From an uncultured delta proteobacterium (GTDB lineage: Bacteria; Myxococcota_A; Polyangia; Polyangiales; Polyangiaceae), in contig CAWJCS010000003.1 of the NCBI GenBank assembly GCA_963841435.1, forward strand, positions 1,280,001-1,344,000: a stretch of DNA of 64,000 nucleotides. Direction: 5' to 3'. Under the pieces are notes generated by a model. It saw nothing but the letters and a program-made list of their open reading frames with translations. It was not told where the DNA came from and did not search any database. The stretch's first letter is position 1. Every line of letters starts with the position of its first letter. Below, piece after piece: positions 1 through 13,044 of the stretch. The position numbers and the translations under genes are program-made.

Positions 1-163
1 CGGCGCGGAGTTCGCGCTGCCGCCTGCAGCGTGGCTCCCGTCGGCGCGCGTCACGCTCGTGGACGCGGGGCACTGGCCGCACCTCGATCGGCCCGACTTC
101 GTGAACGCGGAGCTCGAGCGCCTGGTTCGGAGCGTGAGAGACGGTTTGCAGAGCGGGCCCTGA
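1..163 (+). CDS. Alpha/beta hydrolase, C-terminal fragment (runs off window start)
   Basis: Frame from base 2 reads ...ARVTLVDAGHWPHLDRPDFVNAELERL...GP*; GH-x-P-H motif typical of the catalytic His region; TGA at 161-163. Confidence 0.6.
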   Translation, partial: GAEFALPPAAWLPSARVTLVDAGHWPHLDRPDFVNAELERLVRSVRDGLQSGP

Positions 164-175
164 CGCCCGCCACGC

Positions 176-950
176 TCAGGCGCCACGCGCCCAGGTGACG
201 AGCCGCTGCGCGAGCTCCGGGCCGGCATCCTCCTGAACGAAGTGGCCGCCACGAATGCGAGCGTGAGGCTGCCCGGCCGCGCCCGGCACGTGCTCGATCA
301 GCGGGCGATCGGCGCGCCCGAGGATCGGGTCGTCCCGACCGAACACGCAGAGGAATGGCTTGTCGAACCGACCGAGCGCATCCCAGGCGCGCTGGTTCGC
401 GGCTGCGGCTGGGTCATCCTCGCTCGTCGGCACGAGCCTCGGGAACGCGCGCGCTCCCGCCTCGTAGGCCGCGCCGGGAAACGGCGCGTCGTACGCGCTC
501 AGCTCCGCCGCACCGAGCGAGCGAAGGGTGGCGGCGCGAACGATGCGAGCGATGGGAAACCACGGCGAGTAGCGGGCGAAGGCGCGCCACACGAGAAAAC
601 TCGGCGGCATGCGCCCCCGCCCCGTCGGCAAGAACCCATTCGACACCATGATGCGCGCGAACCGCTCGGGTTCTTCGCCCGCGAGGCGCAGCGCGAGCAA
701 CGCGCCCCAGTCCTGGCAGAAGACCGTAACGTTCGTCAGACTCACGGCATCGAGGAACGTGCGCAGCCAAGCGAGGTGCGAGGCATAGCTGTAGTCCGAA
801 ATGCTCGCCGGCTTGTCCGAGCGACCAAAACCGATGAAGTCGGGCGCGACGACGCGAAACCCGGCGGCCGCGAGCGGGCCTATCATCTTGCGATAGAGTA
901 GCTCCAGGTGGGCTCGCCGTGGAGCAGCAGCACCGGACTTTCATGCCCAG
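176..950 (-). pseudogene. Haloalkane dehalogenase-like alpha/beta hydrolase, frameshifted and apparently 5'-truncated
   Basis: Motifs [17 protein letters not shown] (nucleophile) and GGHFVQED in ORF 176..886. [13 protein letters not shown] lies in another frame just upstream; a 1-nt deletion near 898 breaks SYLYRKM. No recognisable N-terminal segment before the divergent gene at 1040. Confidence 0.6.
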
Positions 951-1039
951 ATCTCCCGCTTCCGTCGCCCGGGCGGGCGCCTGCGTGCGCGGTCCTGGAC
1001 CACGCCTGGCCGCCGGCCCAAGATCGACGGCGGCCCATC

Positions 1040-2293
1040 GTGCTCCCTTTGTTGCTCGCCTACATCACGGTTTGTGTCGCCTCGCTCGGACTCAAGTGGC
1101 TCAATCTGCGCTACGCCGAGCGCAAGGGCGACCGGGTACCACCCGAGCTCGCCTTCGTGGTGGACGCCGAGCGCCTGCGCCACATCGGAGCCTACACGCG
1201 CGATCGCGCCCGCTTCGGCATCGTCGGCGCGCTGCTGCGTGACGCGGCCATCGGCGTGTTCCTCTTCGGCGGTCCGCTCGGCACCTACGACCGCCTGACC
1301 TCCGGCCTGACGACCTCACCCGTGTCCGCGGGCGTGCTCTTTTTCGTCGGGCTATCGGCAGCGAGCGCCGTGCTCGGCATCCCCTTCGCTGCCTACTCGA
1401 GCTTCGTCATCGAGGCGCGCCATGGCTTCAACCGCACGTCCGCAGGCCTTTTCCTGGCGGACTGGCTCAAAAGCACGTTGCTCTCGCTCGTGTTCGTCGC
1501 GGGAATGTCGGCCGCGGCGCTTGGGCTCGTGATGCGCGCCCCCGAGCTCTGGTGGCTCTGGGCGTGGGCCGTCTTCGTTCTCGTGAGCGTGGTCCTCACG
1601 TACCTTTCGCCCTACCTGATCGAGCCGCTGTTCTTCAAAATGCGGCCGCTAGCGGTGGCGGGGCTCGAAACCGAGGTGCGCTCGCTCGCCGAAAAAGCGG
1701 GCGTGCACGTGAGTCGCGTGCTCGAGGTCGACGCCTCGCGACGCAGCTCGCACAGCAACGCGTACTTCACGGGCATTGGCCACGTGAAGCGTGTCGTGTT
1801 GTTCGACACGTTGCTCGGCCAGATGAACCACGCCGAGATCCTCGCCGTGCTCGCGCACGAGCTCGGCCATTGGAAGAAGAAGCACGTGCTGAGCCGCACG
1901 TTGCTGTCGTACGGCGTCGCGCTCGTCGCCTTCTACCTCGCGGCGCGGTTCGCGCCGGCGAGCTTCGTGCCCGAGCTGGTCGGGCTCGACGCTGCCTCGC
2001 TGCCGGCGCGCTGGCTCGTGCTCGCAACGCTCGGGTCGATCGTCACCTTTCCGCTCACTCCGCTCGCCTCGTACTGGTCGCGCCGTCACGAGTGGCAGGC
2101 CGACGAGTTCGCCACCGAGCTCCAGGGCCAGCCCGCCGCTCTCGCCAGCGCCCTCGCGAAGCTCGCCAGCGAGAACCTCTCGAACCTGCACCCCCACCCG
2201 CTCTACGCCGCCTACTACTACTCGCACCCGCCCATGGCGGAGAGGATCAAAAGGCTCGTGGGCGGCGCCACCGAGGGCCAAACGCCCGCGTAA
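1040..2293 (+). CDS. M48 family (Ste24-like) membrane zinc metallopeptidase
   Basis: Multiple TM segments, SNAYFTG, HELGH (HExxH), EWQADEFA, YSHPP. GTG at 1040 chosen as start. Confidence 0.9.
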   Translation: MLPLLLAYITVCVASLGLKWLNLRYAERKGDRVPPELAFVVDAERLRHIGAYTRDRARFGIVGALLRDAAIGVFLFGGPLGTYDRLTSGLTTSPVSAGVLFFVGLSAASAVLGIPFAAYSSFVIEARHGFNRTSAGLFLADWLKSTLLSLVFVAGMSAAALGLVMRAPELWWLWAWAVFVLVSVVLTYLSPYLIEPLFFKMRPLAVAGLETEVRSLAEKAGVHVSRVLEVDASRRSSHSNAYFTGIGHVKRVVLFDTLLGQMNHAEILAVLAHELGHWKKKHVLSRTLLSYGVALVAFYLAARFAPASFVPELVGLDAASLPARWLVLATLGSIVTFPLTPLASYWSRRHEWQADEFATELQGQPAALASALAKLASENLSNLHPHPLYAAYYYSHPPMAERIKRLVGGATEGQTPA

Positions 2294-2388
2294 CGGGCAC
2301 CGCGTGCGGGGCGCGTGCGGGGGAGAAAAACCGCGGGGCTGCGCGGCACGACGGGCGTATGATGTTCGCTTCCTCGAAGGGTGGCCTC

Positions 2389-3363
2389 ATGCGCGTGGTC
2401 GGGCTCTCTGCTTTGATGGCGGTCCTCCTGACGCTGGCGAGCCCGTGCTGGGCGGCCGATCCCCTGGAGCTCGTCTACGTTCGAGGGCCCGGCGCCGAGG
2501 CCTGCCCGGGCGAGATGTCGCTGAGGCTCGCGGTGACGCACCGCCTCGGCTACGACCCGTTCCAGTCCGGGCCACGGCGCCGCGCGGTCGTGTTGTTGGA
2601 GGTCGACGGCGAGCGCCTGCTCGCGCGCTTCGACATGGTCGACGAGCTCGGTGTCTCGAGCGGCGCCAGAAGTCTCACCGGGACGACCGAGCTCTGCGCC
2701 GAGCTCGTCCGCGCGCTGGCCCTCTCGATCAGTATCGCGATCGACGCCGACCGGAACGAGGCCGTCAGCGACGAGCCACCGAGTGCCTGGCGCTTCGCGC
2801 GCTCCGACACGGCCGCCGAGCACGATGCGGGCTCTTCTGCCGGTGGGCTTGCCCTCGATCGAGACGCGATGCCGCGCTTTTCGTTCCGCTTGGGTCTCGG
2901 GGGCCAAGCGGCGGTCGGGGTCGCGCCAGGAGTGGCGTGGGGCGCGCTGGTCTCGGGGTCGGTGCGCCACACCTGGTATTCCGTGGGCGTAGAGCTTCGG
3001 GCGGACGCGCCGACTTCCGAGGCGATCACCGGGGGCGGGGAATTTTCGTCGCGCCTGCTCGCCGGTACGGTGGCACCCTGCCTGCACCTCAACGTCGCGA
3101 TGGCGTGCGCCCTCGGATCGGTCGGGGCCGTACGAGCCGCGTCGCATGGGATTGCCCAACCACGGAGCGACAGCGGGCTCTACGCCGCCCTGGGCCTCCG
3201 TGCCGGCGCCGAGTGGCAGCTAGGAGCGGTGGCCCTGCAGGCCAACATCGACGCGCGGAAACCGCTCAAGGTGCTCCACATCGCCGTCGACGACCATTCC
3301 GTCTGGACCTCCCCACCACTGTCGTTCGCAGGCGGCGGCAGCGTCCTCTGGCAGTTCCTGTGA
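2389..3363 (+). CDS. Secreted / putative outer-membrane protein associated with the ECF cluster
   Basis: Signal peptide MRVVGLSALMAVLLTLASPCWA; beta-strand-like C-terminal half ending WQFL; stop overlaps the sigma factor ATG (TGATG). Confidence 0.65.
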   Translation: MRVVGLSALMAVLLTLASPCWAADPLELVYVRGPGAEACPGEMSLRLAVTHRLGYDPFQSGPRRRAVVLLEVDGERLLARFDMVDELGVSSGARSLTGTTELCAELVRALALSISIAIDADRNEAVSDEPPSAWRFARSDTAAEHDAGSSAGGLALDRDAMPRFSFRLGLGGQAAVGVAPGVAWGALVSGSVRHTWYSVGVELRADAPTSEAITGGGEFSSRLLAGTVAPCLHLNVAMACALGSVGAVRAASHGIAQPRSDSGLYAALGLRAGAEWQLGAVALQANIDARKPLKVLHIAVDDHSVWTSPPLSFAGGGSVLWQFL

Positions 3364-3990
3364 TGGAAGCCCCGCCCGTCAACCAAGTCTTTGTCGTGCA
3401 GCCGGCGGAGACCATCGAGGGTGTCATGGGGGCGGCCCCCGAGGCACCGACTGCGAACGAGGTCGTCCCGCGCGTGCCTGCGCCGGGCGAGTTTCGCGCG
3501 CTGTTCGAGCTCTACTTCCGGTACGTGTGGCACACCCTCGCGCGGCTCGGGGTGCCCGCGCGCGACCTCGAGGACGTGACGCACGACGTATTCCTCGAAA
3601 TCCACCGCCACCTGTCCGAGTTCGACCCTACTCGTAGCTTGCGCCCGTGGATTTTCGCGTTCGCCTTCCGGGTGGGGTCGCACTACCGGCGACGAGCGCG
3701 GCATCGGTACGAAACGCTCGGGGACGCCGAGGCTTTCGACGGCGCTCCGTCTGCGCTCGAGCGCGTGCTGACATCGGAGACGCTCGAAGTTGCCCATGCG
3801 GCGCTCGGCGCCATCGAGGTGGAGCGGCGCGCCGTGCTTCTCCTGCACGACGTTCAACGGGTGCTCGATGCCGGAGGTGGCAGAGGCCCTCGGCGTACCA
3901 CTCAACACCGCGTACTCGCGCCTGCGGCTCGCCCGGAAGGAATTTCGGGAACGCGTGGCCCGGCTGCGGCTCCGCCGGGGGGATCCGTGA
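3363..3990 (+). CDS. ECF-type RNA polymerase sigma factor (1-nt frameshift near 3853)
   Basis: Region 2 DLEDVTHDVFL...LRPWIF; region 4 CSMPEVAEALGVPLNTAYSRLRLAR continues in a shifted frame. Confidence 0.85.
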
Positions 3991-4775
3991 CGCCCGAGGT
4001 CGAAGGCTTGCCCGAGCTCGGCGCGCTACGCGACGAGTGCGCCCGATCGCCGGACGGTGCCACGGCGGATCGCGTGTTCGCTCGGCTCCGCACACACCTC
4101 GTCGCAGCCGCTGTTGCTCCGGAGCCCCGCCCGCAGACGCTCACCGACCAGCGACCGGCAAACACTCCCGAGGTGCTCCGTCCGACGAGTGGCCTCGCGG
4201 GGATCCTCCTCAGAGGCCCGACGCTGGCACTTTCCGCAGCGTTCTTGCTGGGGGGTGCAACTGGGGTCGCTTTGCACGCCGCGCTCGCACGAAGCTCTGC
4301 TCCGCGCGTCGTCTACGCCGACCGGCCGTCGCCCGGCTCCAGGATGCGATCCGAGCCCATGCTCGAAAACCAACCATCGCCCCGCCCTCCCGGCCTCCGT
4401 GGCGCGTTGCCGACCCCGATCCCGTCGGTAGAGGCAACCCCGCCGCCGGCGCGTGCACGCCGTCCACGGCCGGCCGTGGCGGCAGCTCGGAAAGTTGCGG
4501 GGTCGTCGCTTGCCGAAGAGCAGGTCGTGCTCGATCGAGCGCGGGCGGCGCTCGGCAGCGAAGACTTCGGCTCCGCGCTGCAGCTGACCCGTGTGCACGC
4601 CGCACAATTCGGCGCGAGCGTCCTCGAGGAGGAACGCGAGGCGATCGCCATCAAAGCGCTCGCCGGGGCACACCAGGACGCTGTCGCTCGAGCCCGGCTC
4701 GAGCAGTTCGAGCAGCGCTTTCCGCGCAGCCCGTCCCTGGCGTCGCTTCGACGCGCGGTCACGAAGATCCCGTGA
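3987..4775 (+). CDS. Putative single-TM anti-sigma factor with Pro-rich linker and helical C-terminal domain
   Basis: GTGA overlap with the sigma stop; TM LALSAAFLLGGATGVALHAAL; C-terminal LAEEQVVLDRARAAL...EEREAIAIKAL...FEQRFPRSP. Confidence 0.65.
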   Translation: MTPEVEGLPELGALRDECARSPDGATADRVFARLRTHLVAAAVAPEPRPQTLTDQRPANTPEVLRPTSGLAGILLRGPTLALSAAFLLGGATGVALHAALARSSAPRVVYADRPSPGSRMRSEPMLENQPSPRPPGLRGALPTPIPSVEATPPPARARRPRPAVAAARKVAGSSLAEEQVVLDRARAALGSEDFGSALQLTRVHAAQFGASVLEEEREAIAIKALAGAHQDAVARARLEQFEQRFPRSPSLASLRRAVTKIP

Positions 4776-4807
4776 CGGAAGCGGGCCGCGCCCGGCAATC
4801 TCAAGGT

Positions 4808-5611
4808 GTGACCAACACGGGCGTAACACGAGGTAGACCGATTTTCGGCGCGGGGCTCGCGGCAGCCGCGCTGCTCTTCACCGGCTGTGGCGACGACACC
4901 CTGGATGCCGGTTCGACGCGCGATGCGGGCGCTCAGGCCGAGCCGCCGAGCGGCGCCGCCCTTCCCGAATGGCCCGATGCCGCCGCCTGTGCGGCTTCGT
5001 CCGATTCGGACCTGGTAGGCCTGTGGGAGGGAGCGGTCCAGTCGGCCACGTTCGAGCGCCTCGCTAGGCTACGCGTCGAGGTTCTCGGCGCGAGCGAAAC
5101 CGGAGGTGTGTGCGGCACCGTGCACTTCGGCGAGGACGCCCCGCCGCTACCCGCGGCGACGGATCCGAACGAGCACTTTCCCGAAAGCTACCCGCCTGGC
5201 TGGGAAGGGTTCTACGACGGGGTCGCCTACACGATCCTCGAAGGCGCGATGCAGCGTGATCGCATCCACTTCGTCGTGTCGCGAGCCGAGCTCTTCAAGG
5301 GGTGGTGCGAGCTCCACGAGAGCTACTACGTCGGCCATTCGGAATGGTTCTGCATCCCCACGCGTAGTTACATGGCGGTCAGCGAAACGGTGTGTCGCTA
5401 CGTCGATCTTCGCAACGGGAGCACGCACAACGTCGACTTCGAACAGTGCAACGCCTGCATGGGGGGCACGTGCGCCTGCAACGACGAGGGCTGCACGGCC
5501 ACGGGCGACCCCAACGAGCGCCTCACCTTCGACCTGCAGCGTGAAGGCGACGAGATCCTCGGCAACCTCGACCCGCGGGACGACACGGTGCTCCTCGACC
5601 GGCAAAAGTAG
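4808..5611 (+). CDS. Cys-rich hypothetical lipoprotein
   Basis: Lipobox AALLFTGC; several Cys in the C-terminal part; directly follows the ECF/anti-sigma pair. Confidence 0.6.
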   Translation: MTNTGVTRGRPIFGAGLAAAALLFTGCGDDTLDAGSTRDAGAQAEPPSGAALPEWPDAAACAASSDSDLVGLWEGAVQSATFERLARLRVEVLGASETGGVCGTVHFGEDAPPLPAATDPNEHFPESYPPGWEGFYDGVAYTILEGAMQRDRIHFVVSRAELFKGWCELHESYYVGHSEWFCIPTRSYMAVSETVCRYVDLRNGSTHNVDFEQCNACMGGTCACNDEGCTATGDPNERLTFDLQREGDEILGNLDPRDDTVLLDRQK

Positions 5612-5723
5612 CCACTCGGGCGCACACGCCCTCGGCGGACGCCGCTCGGGCGGACTGGGTTGACGGGCCGTGGCGTGAGGCGGCCGACGGCCCCGCCGAG
5701 CGCGCTTCACGGCCGCCGAAGGG

Positions 5724-6047
5724 CTACTTCTTGCCCGGCGGCTTCTTGCCGCCTGGGGGGCCGCTCGGCGTGCCGCCGCCCTTCTTGTCGCCGGCATGGC
5801 CGTGGAAGGTGCGCGTCGGCGCGAACTCGCCGAGCTTGTGGCCGACCATGTTCTCGCTGACGAACACCGGCACGAACTTGCGACCGTTGTGGACGGCGAA
5901 AGTAAGGCCGACGGCCTCCGGGAAGATGGTCGAACGGCGTGACCAGGTTTTGATCACCTTCTTGGCGGCGCCCTGGCTATGCGCCTCTTCGATCTTCTTC
6001 AACAGATGCCCGTCGATGAACGGACCCTTTTTGATACTGCGTGCCAT
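5724..6047 (-). CDS. rpsS: 30S ribosomal protein S19
   Basis: [33 protein letters not shown]; Gly/Pro/Lys C-terminal tail. Confidence 0.97.
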   Translation of the reverse strand: MARSIKKGPFIDGHLLKKIEEAHSQGAAKKVIKTWSRRSTIFPEAVGLTFAVHNGRKFVPVFVSENMVGHKLGEFAPTRTFHGHAGDKKGGGTPSGPPGGKKPPGKK

Positions 6048-6075
6048 CGAAAATCCTTCGAGCGCGAGCTGACGC

Positions 6076-6906
6076 TCAGCCCTTCGCCTTGCGGTGCTTG
6101 ATGATCATGCCGTCGGTCCGCTTGTTGTTACGGGTCTTGAGACCCTTGGAGAGTACGCCCCAGGGAGAGCAAGGATGGCGTCCGCCGCTCGTGCGGCCTT
6201 CACCACCGCCCATCGGGTGGTCCACCGGGTTCATCGTGACGCCGCGGTTGTGCGGACGGCGACCCAGCCAGCGGCTGCGACCCGCCTTGCCGAGACTGAT
6301 GTTCTGGTGCTCGAGGTTCGAGACCTGGCCCACCGTCGCCCGGCAGAGAATGTGCACCTTTCGCACCTCACCGCTCGGGAGCTTCACCTGGGCGTAGTCA
6401 CCGTCCTTCGCCATGAGCTGGGCGGCGCCGCCCGCGGAGCGCACGAGTTGTCCGCCGCGCCCACGCTTCATCTCGATGTTGTGGATCATCGTGCCGGCCG
6501 GGATCTCCCCGACGGGCATGCAATTGCCCGGCTGGATGTCAGCGTGCTTGCTCGACACGACGCTGTCGCCCTGCTTGAGACCGTCGGGCGCCAGGATGTA
6601 GCGCTTGTCGCCGTCCGCATAGAAGAGCAGCGCGATACGCGCCGTTCGGTTCGGATCGTACTCGATCTGCGCCACCTTGGCGGGCACGCCGACTTTGTCG
6701 CGACGAAAGTCGATCACGCGGTAGCGGCGCTTGTGCCCGCCGCCGCGGAAACGCGACGTGATGCGGCCGTAGTGGTTGCGGCCGCCGGTCGAAGGCTTCG
6801 CCTCGCAGAGCTTTCTGTGCGGCACGTCGGTCGTGATGCCGGCAAAATCGGACACTTCGTAGAAGCGACGGCCGGGGGAGGTCGGTTTGGAAGCTCGGAT
6901 GCCCAT
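6076..6906 (-). CDS. rplB: 50S ribosomal protein L2
   Basis: [40 protein letters not shown]. Confidence 0.98.
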   Translation of the reverse strand: MGIRASKPTSPGRRFYEVSDFAGITTDVPHRKLCEAKPSTGGRNHYGRITSRFRGGGHKRRYRVIDFRRDKVGVPAKVAQIEYDPNRTARIALLFYADGDKRYILAPDGLKQGDSVVSSKHADIQPGNCMPVGEIPAGTMIHNIEMKRGRGGQLVRSAGGAAQLMAKDGDYAQVKLPSGEVRKVHILCRATVGQVSNLEHQNISLGKAGRSRWLGRRPHNRGVTMNPVDHPMGGGEGRTSGGRHPCSPWGVLSKGLKTRNNKRTDGMIIKHRKAKG

Positions 6907-6908
6907 GG

Positions 6909-7202
6909 TTACTCCTTCGACTCGTCGAAGAACTGGATGTCACTTCCCTCGGCCAGCGTCACCACCGCCTTCTTCCAGTTCGGGCGCTTGCCAGCCAGGC
7001 GCCCCAGGCGGCGCGGCTTGCCGCGCTGCACGAGGGTATTCACGTTTTGAACCTTGACGGCGAAGAGCGACTCGACGGCGCTCTTGATCTGGATCTTGTT
7101 CGCGTCCATCGCGACTTCGAACACGACCTGATTGCCTTCCTTGAGTCGCGCCGCCTTCTCGGTGAGCGCAATGGGGCGCTTGATGACTTCGGCGTTCTTC
7201 AT
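6909..7202 (-). CDS. rplW: 50S ribosomal protein L23
   Basis: TEKA...[11 protein letters not shown]...WKKAVVTL; position between rplD and rplB. Confidence 0.95.
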   Translation of the reverse strand: MKNAEVIKRPIALTEKAARLKEGNQVVFEVAMDANKIQIKSAVESLFAVKVQNVNTLVQRGKPRRLGRLAGKRPNWKKAVVTLAEGSDIQFFDESKE

Positions 7203-7834
7203 GACTTCTGCTCCAGACAGCGCGCCTCGAGCGCCTTGGCGGCGTTCTTGGAAACGACGAGGTGGTCGTGCCGCAAGAGGTCGTAGACGTTGACGCCTTC
7301 GGGCGGCAAAAACCGGCTGTGCTCGAGGTTGCGCATCGAGAGCCGGAGGTTCTCGTTCGACTTGTCGTCGACGAGGAGCGCCCCGGTCGGCGTCTTCAGC
7401 GTGTTCAGCACGCCGACGAGCTTCTTGGTCTTGATCTCGCCGAGATCGATGTTCTCGACGACGAGCACGCGCCCTTCCTTGAGCAGCAGGCTGAGCGCAC
7501 TCTTGAGCGCGCCCACACGCACCCGCCGCGGGGGGCGATACGAGAAATCCTGCGGCTTGGGGGGGTGAGCACGACCTCCACCCACGAAGATCGGCGCGCG
7601 AACCGAGCCGTGCCGCGCGCGGCCCGTGCCCTTCTGCTTGAAGATCTTCTTGCTGGAGCCCGACACCGCGGAGCGTTCCTTGGCGGCCTTCGTTCCAGCG
7701 CGGTGGGAAGCGAGCTGCGCGACGACGACCTCGTGGAGCAGGTGCTCCTTGACCTCGGCACCGAATACCTCGTCGGAGAGATCGACCTCACCGACCTTTT
7801 GGCGCTTCAAGTTGTAAACGTTGACTTTGGCCAT
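7199..7834 (-). CDS. rplD: 50S ribosomal protein L4
   Basis: [33 protein letters not shown] at 7834. Confidence 0.96.
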   Translation of the reverse strand: MAKVNVYNLKRQKVGEVDLSDEVFGAEVKEHLLHEVVVAQLASHRAGTKAAKERSAVSGSSKKIFKQKGTGRARHGSVRAPIFVGGGRAHPPKPQDFSYRPPRRVRVGALKSALSLLLKEGRVLVVENIDLGEIKTKKLVGVLNTLKTPTGALLVDDKSNENLRLSMRNLEHSRFLPPEGVNVYDLLRHDHLVVSKNAAKALEARCLEQKS

Positions 7835-7841
7835 GGTGTCC

Positions 7842-8153
7842 TCAGCTCTTGATTTCGACGTCGACACCCGCTGAAAGGTCGAGCTTCATGAGCGCGTCCA
7901 GGGTCTGCGGCGTGGGCTCGAGAATGTCGATCAGGCGCTTGTGCGTGCGCACTTCGAACTGCTCTCGTGATTTCTTGTCAACGTGCGGGCCACGCAGCAC
8001 CGTGTAGCGGCGAATGGCCGTGGGTAGCGGCACGGGCCCCGCGACGCGCGCGCCCGTGCGTCGCGCCGTCTCGACGATGTCCGTGGTGGACTTGTCGAGC
8101 AGCTGGTGATCGAAAGCCTTGAGTCGAATTCTGATTTTCGTTGCGTCAGCCAT
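7842..8153 (-). CDS. rpsJ: 30S ribosomal protein S10
   Basis: [35 protein letters not shown]. Confidence 0.98.
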   Translation of the reverse strand: MADATKIRIRLKAFDHQLLDKSTTDIVETARRTGARVAGPVPLPTAIRRYTVLRGPHVDKKSREQFEVRTHKRLIDILEPTPQTLDALMKLDLSAGVDVEIKS

Positions 8154-8209
8154 TAGTAGGCTCTCCGGATGGAAACGAGCGGGGTTGAGGCCCCGCGAGG
8201 GGCGTCGGG

Positions 8210-8300
8210 GCGGAGCCCCGACCGAAAGCTACTGGCGAGGCCTGCGCACCCTGCCTTCGACGAGCGAAGGTCGCGGGGCGCGCCCGGTCGATCCGAGAAA
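8210..8300. repeat. Dispersed intergenic repeat, copy C (partial), tuf-rpsJ spacer
   Basis: gagccccgaccgaaa..ctggcgaggcctgcgcaccctgc...gcgaaggtcgc...ggtcgatccg aligns with 44389-44465. Confidence 0.65.
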
Positions 8301-8334
8301 GTAAGGGAATGCATCGGCCTCTTCGGTCCTGGGA

Positions 8335-9525
<1,191 letters not shown>

Positions 9526-9596
9526 GGTCTTGATTCCCTCGTTCTACTGGGTGGTTCTGCGAGCTACTGGGGGGATCCCAGTCGCAAAATGGCGCA

Positions 9597-11720
<2,124 letters not shown>

Positions 11721-12013
11721 GGCGCGGCTCCCCAAAGAGGTGACCGCAGGCGCCGCTGAACGCAGCCGATCGCTCCGGGGGAAAGCCCGGGCTCGTTGCG
11801 GCTAGCGGTCGGTCACGGAACGTCATCTCTTTTTCCAGACTCTTCACGTACGAAACCCCCTCCGGACCCTGGCTCCCACCATCGGGGAGCGCTTTCGTTT
11901 CCGGAAGGGGCGTCGGGGTGCGGTGGCCGCCTGGTGAGGCGGGGCGCCCTTGCGAGGGCACCTTCACGCAACCCGTCCCTATGTCGTCTTCGTCATACGG
12001 TCGCTCGGATCTC

Positions 12014-12484
12014 CTACCAGCGGTAATGGGCGAAGGCCTTGTTGGCCTCGGCCATCTTGTGCGTATCGTCCTTCTTTTTCACGGCGTTGCCGCGCAGCTG
12101 CGAGGCGTCGACCAGCTCGGCGGCGAGGCGCTCACGCATGGTCTTTTCACCGCGATCGCGCGAATAGGCGACGAGCCAGCGCATGCCGAGGGCGACGCGG
12201 CGCTCGGGTCGGACCTCGACGGGGACCTGGTAGGTCGCGCCGCCGACGCGTCGGCTCTTGACCTCGAGCTTCGGCTTCACGTTGTCGAGCGCCTTGCGGA
12301 AGATCTCGAGCGGGTCCTCCTTGTGGCGGGCCTGGATGACATCGAACGCACCGTAGAGGATGCCTTCGGCGACCGACTTCTTGCCGCCGAGCATGAGGCA
12401 GTTCGTGAACTTCGTGACGAGCTTGTCCTTGAACTTCGGGTCCGGAATGATTTTGCGCTTGGGTACGTCTCGACGGCGGGGCAT
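12014..12484 (-). CDS. rpsG: 30S ribosomal protein S7
   Basis: [31 protein letters not shown]. Confidence 0.98.
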   Translation of the reverse strand: MPRRRDVPKRKIIPDPKFKDKLVTKFTNCLMLGGKKSVAEGILYGAFDVIQARHKEDPLEIFRKALDNVKPKLEVKSRRVGGATYQVPVEVRPERRVALGMRWLVAYSRDRGEKTMRERLAAELVDASQLRGNAVKKKDDTHKMAEANKAFAHYRW

Positions 12485-12496
12485 CGGCTTCTCCGT

Positions 12497-12895
12497 TTAT
12501 TGCTTGGGCCGCTTGACGCCGTACTTCGACCGGCTGCGATTGCGGTTGGCCTTGTTCGTGCTGCTCGGACCGATGGCACCGGACGCGTCGAGCGTGCCGC
12601 GAACCACGTGGTAGCGAACTCCCGGCAGATCCTTCACACGACCCCCACGGATGAGCACCACGCTGTGCTCCTGCAGGTTGTGCCCTTCACCTGGGATGTA
12701 GGTGATGACTTCCATGCTGTTGGTGAGCCGCACGCGGCACACCTTGCGCAGAGCCGAGTTCGGCTTCTTCGGAGTCACCGTGTAAACGCGAAGGCAGACG
12801 CCGCGCTTCTGCGGGCAATCGCGCAGCGCGGGTGACGCGGTGCGGGTCCCGATGGCGTGGCGACCGCGACGGATGAGCTGCTGGATCGTGGGCAT
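12497..12895 (-). CDS. rpsL: 30S ribosomal protein S12
   Basis: [31 protein letters not shown]. Confidence 0.98.
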   Translation of the reverse strand: MPTIQQLIRRGRHAIGTRTASPALRDCPQKRGVCLRVYTVTPKKPNSALRKVCRVRLTNSMEVITYIPGEGHNLQEHSVVLIRGGRVKDLPGVRYHVVRGTLDASGAIGPSSTNKANRNRSRSKYGVKRPKQ

Positions 12896-12926
12896 GAATT
12901 GGGGTGCCGGCTTTTGAGGGACCGGG

Positions 12927-12954
12927 AGGGTAGCCGGGGAGGGTTTCCTGTCAA
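12927..12954 (-). promoter_or_regulatory. Putative sigma70-type promoter of the str operon
   Basis: Minus strand TTGACA-N16-TACCCT about 30 nt upstream of the rpsL ATG. Confidence 0.55.
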
Positions 12955-13044
12955 GCTCGCCGGAGGACCCCCCTCGTTGAGCGTGGGAAGGCGGCGGGCC
13001 GGCCCTGGGGTCCGGTCGCCGGGCGGGGTAGGGTCGAAGGGACA

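Noticed and set aside
2304-4775. 823-aa sigma/anti-sigma fusion ORF
   Set aside because: Produced by a frameshift near 3853; sigma region 4 lies in another frame with its own stop at 3990.
11735-11835. SRP RNA or 6S RNA in the rpsG-fusA spacer
   Set aside because: No SRP domain IV motif on either strand and no clear 6S-like central bubble; kept only as an unassigned structured spacer.
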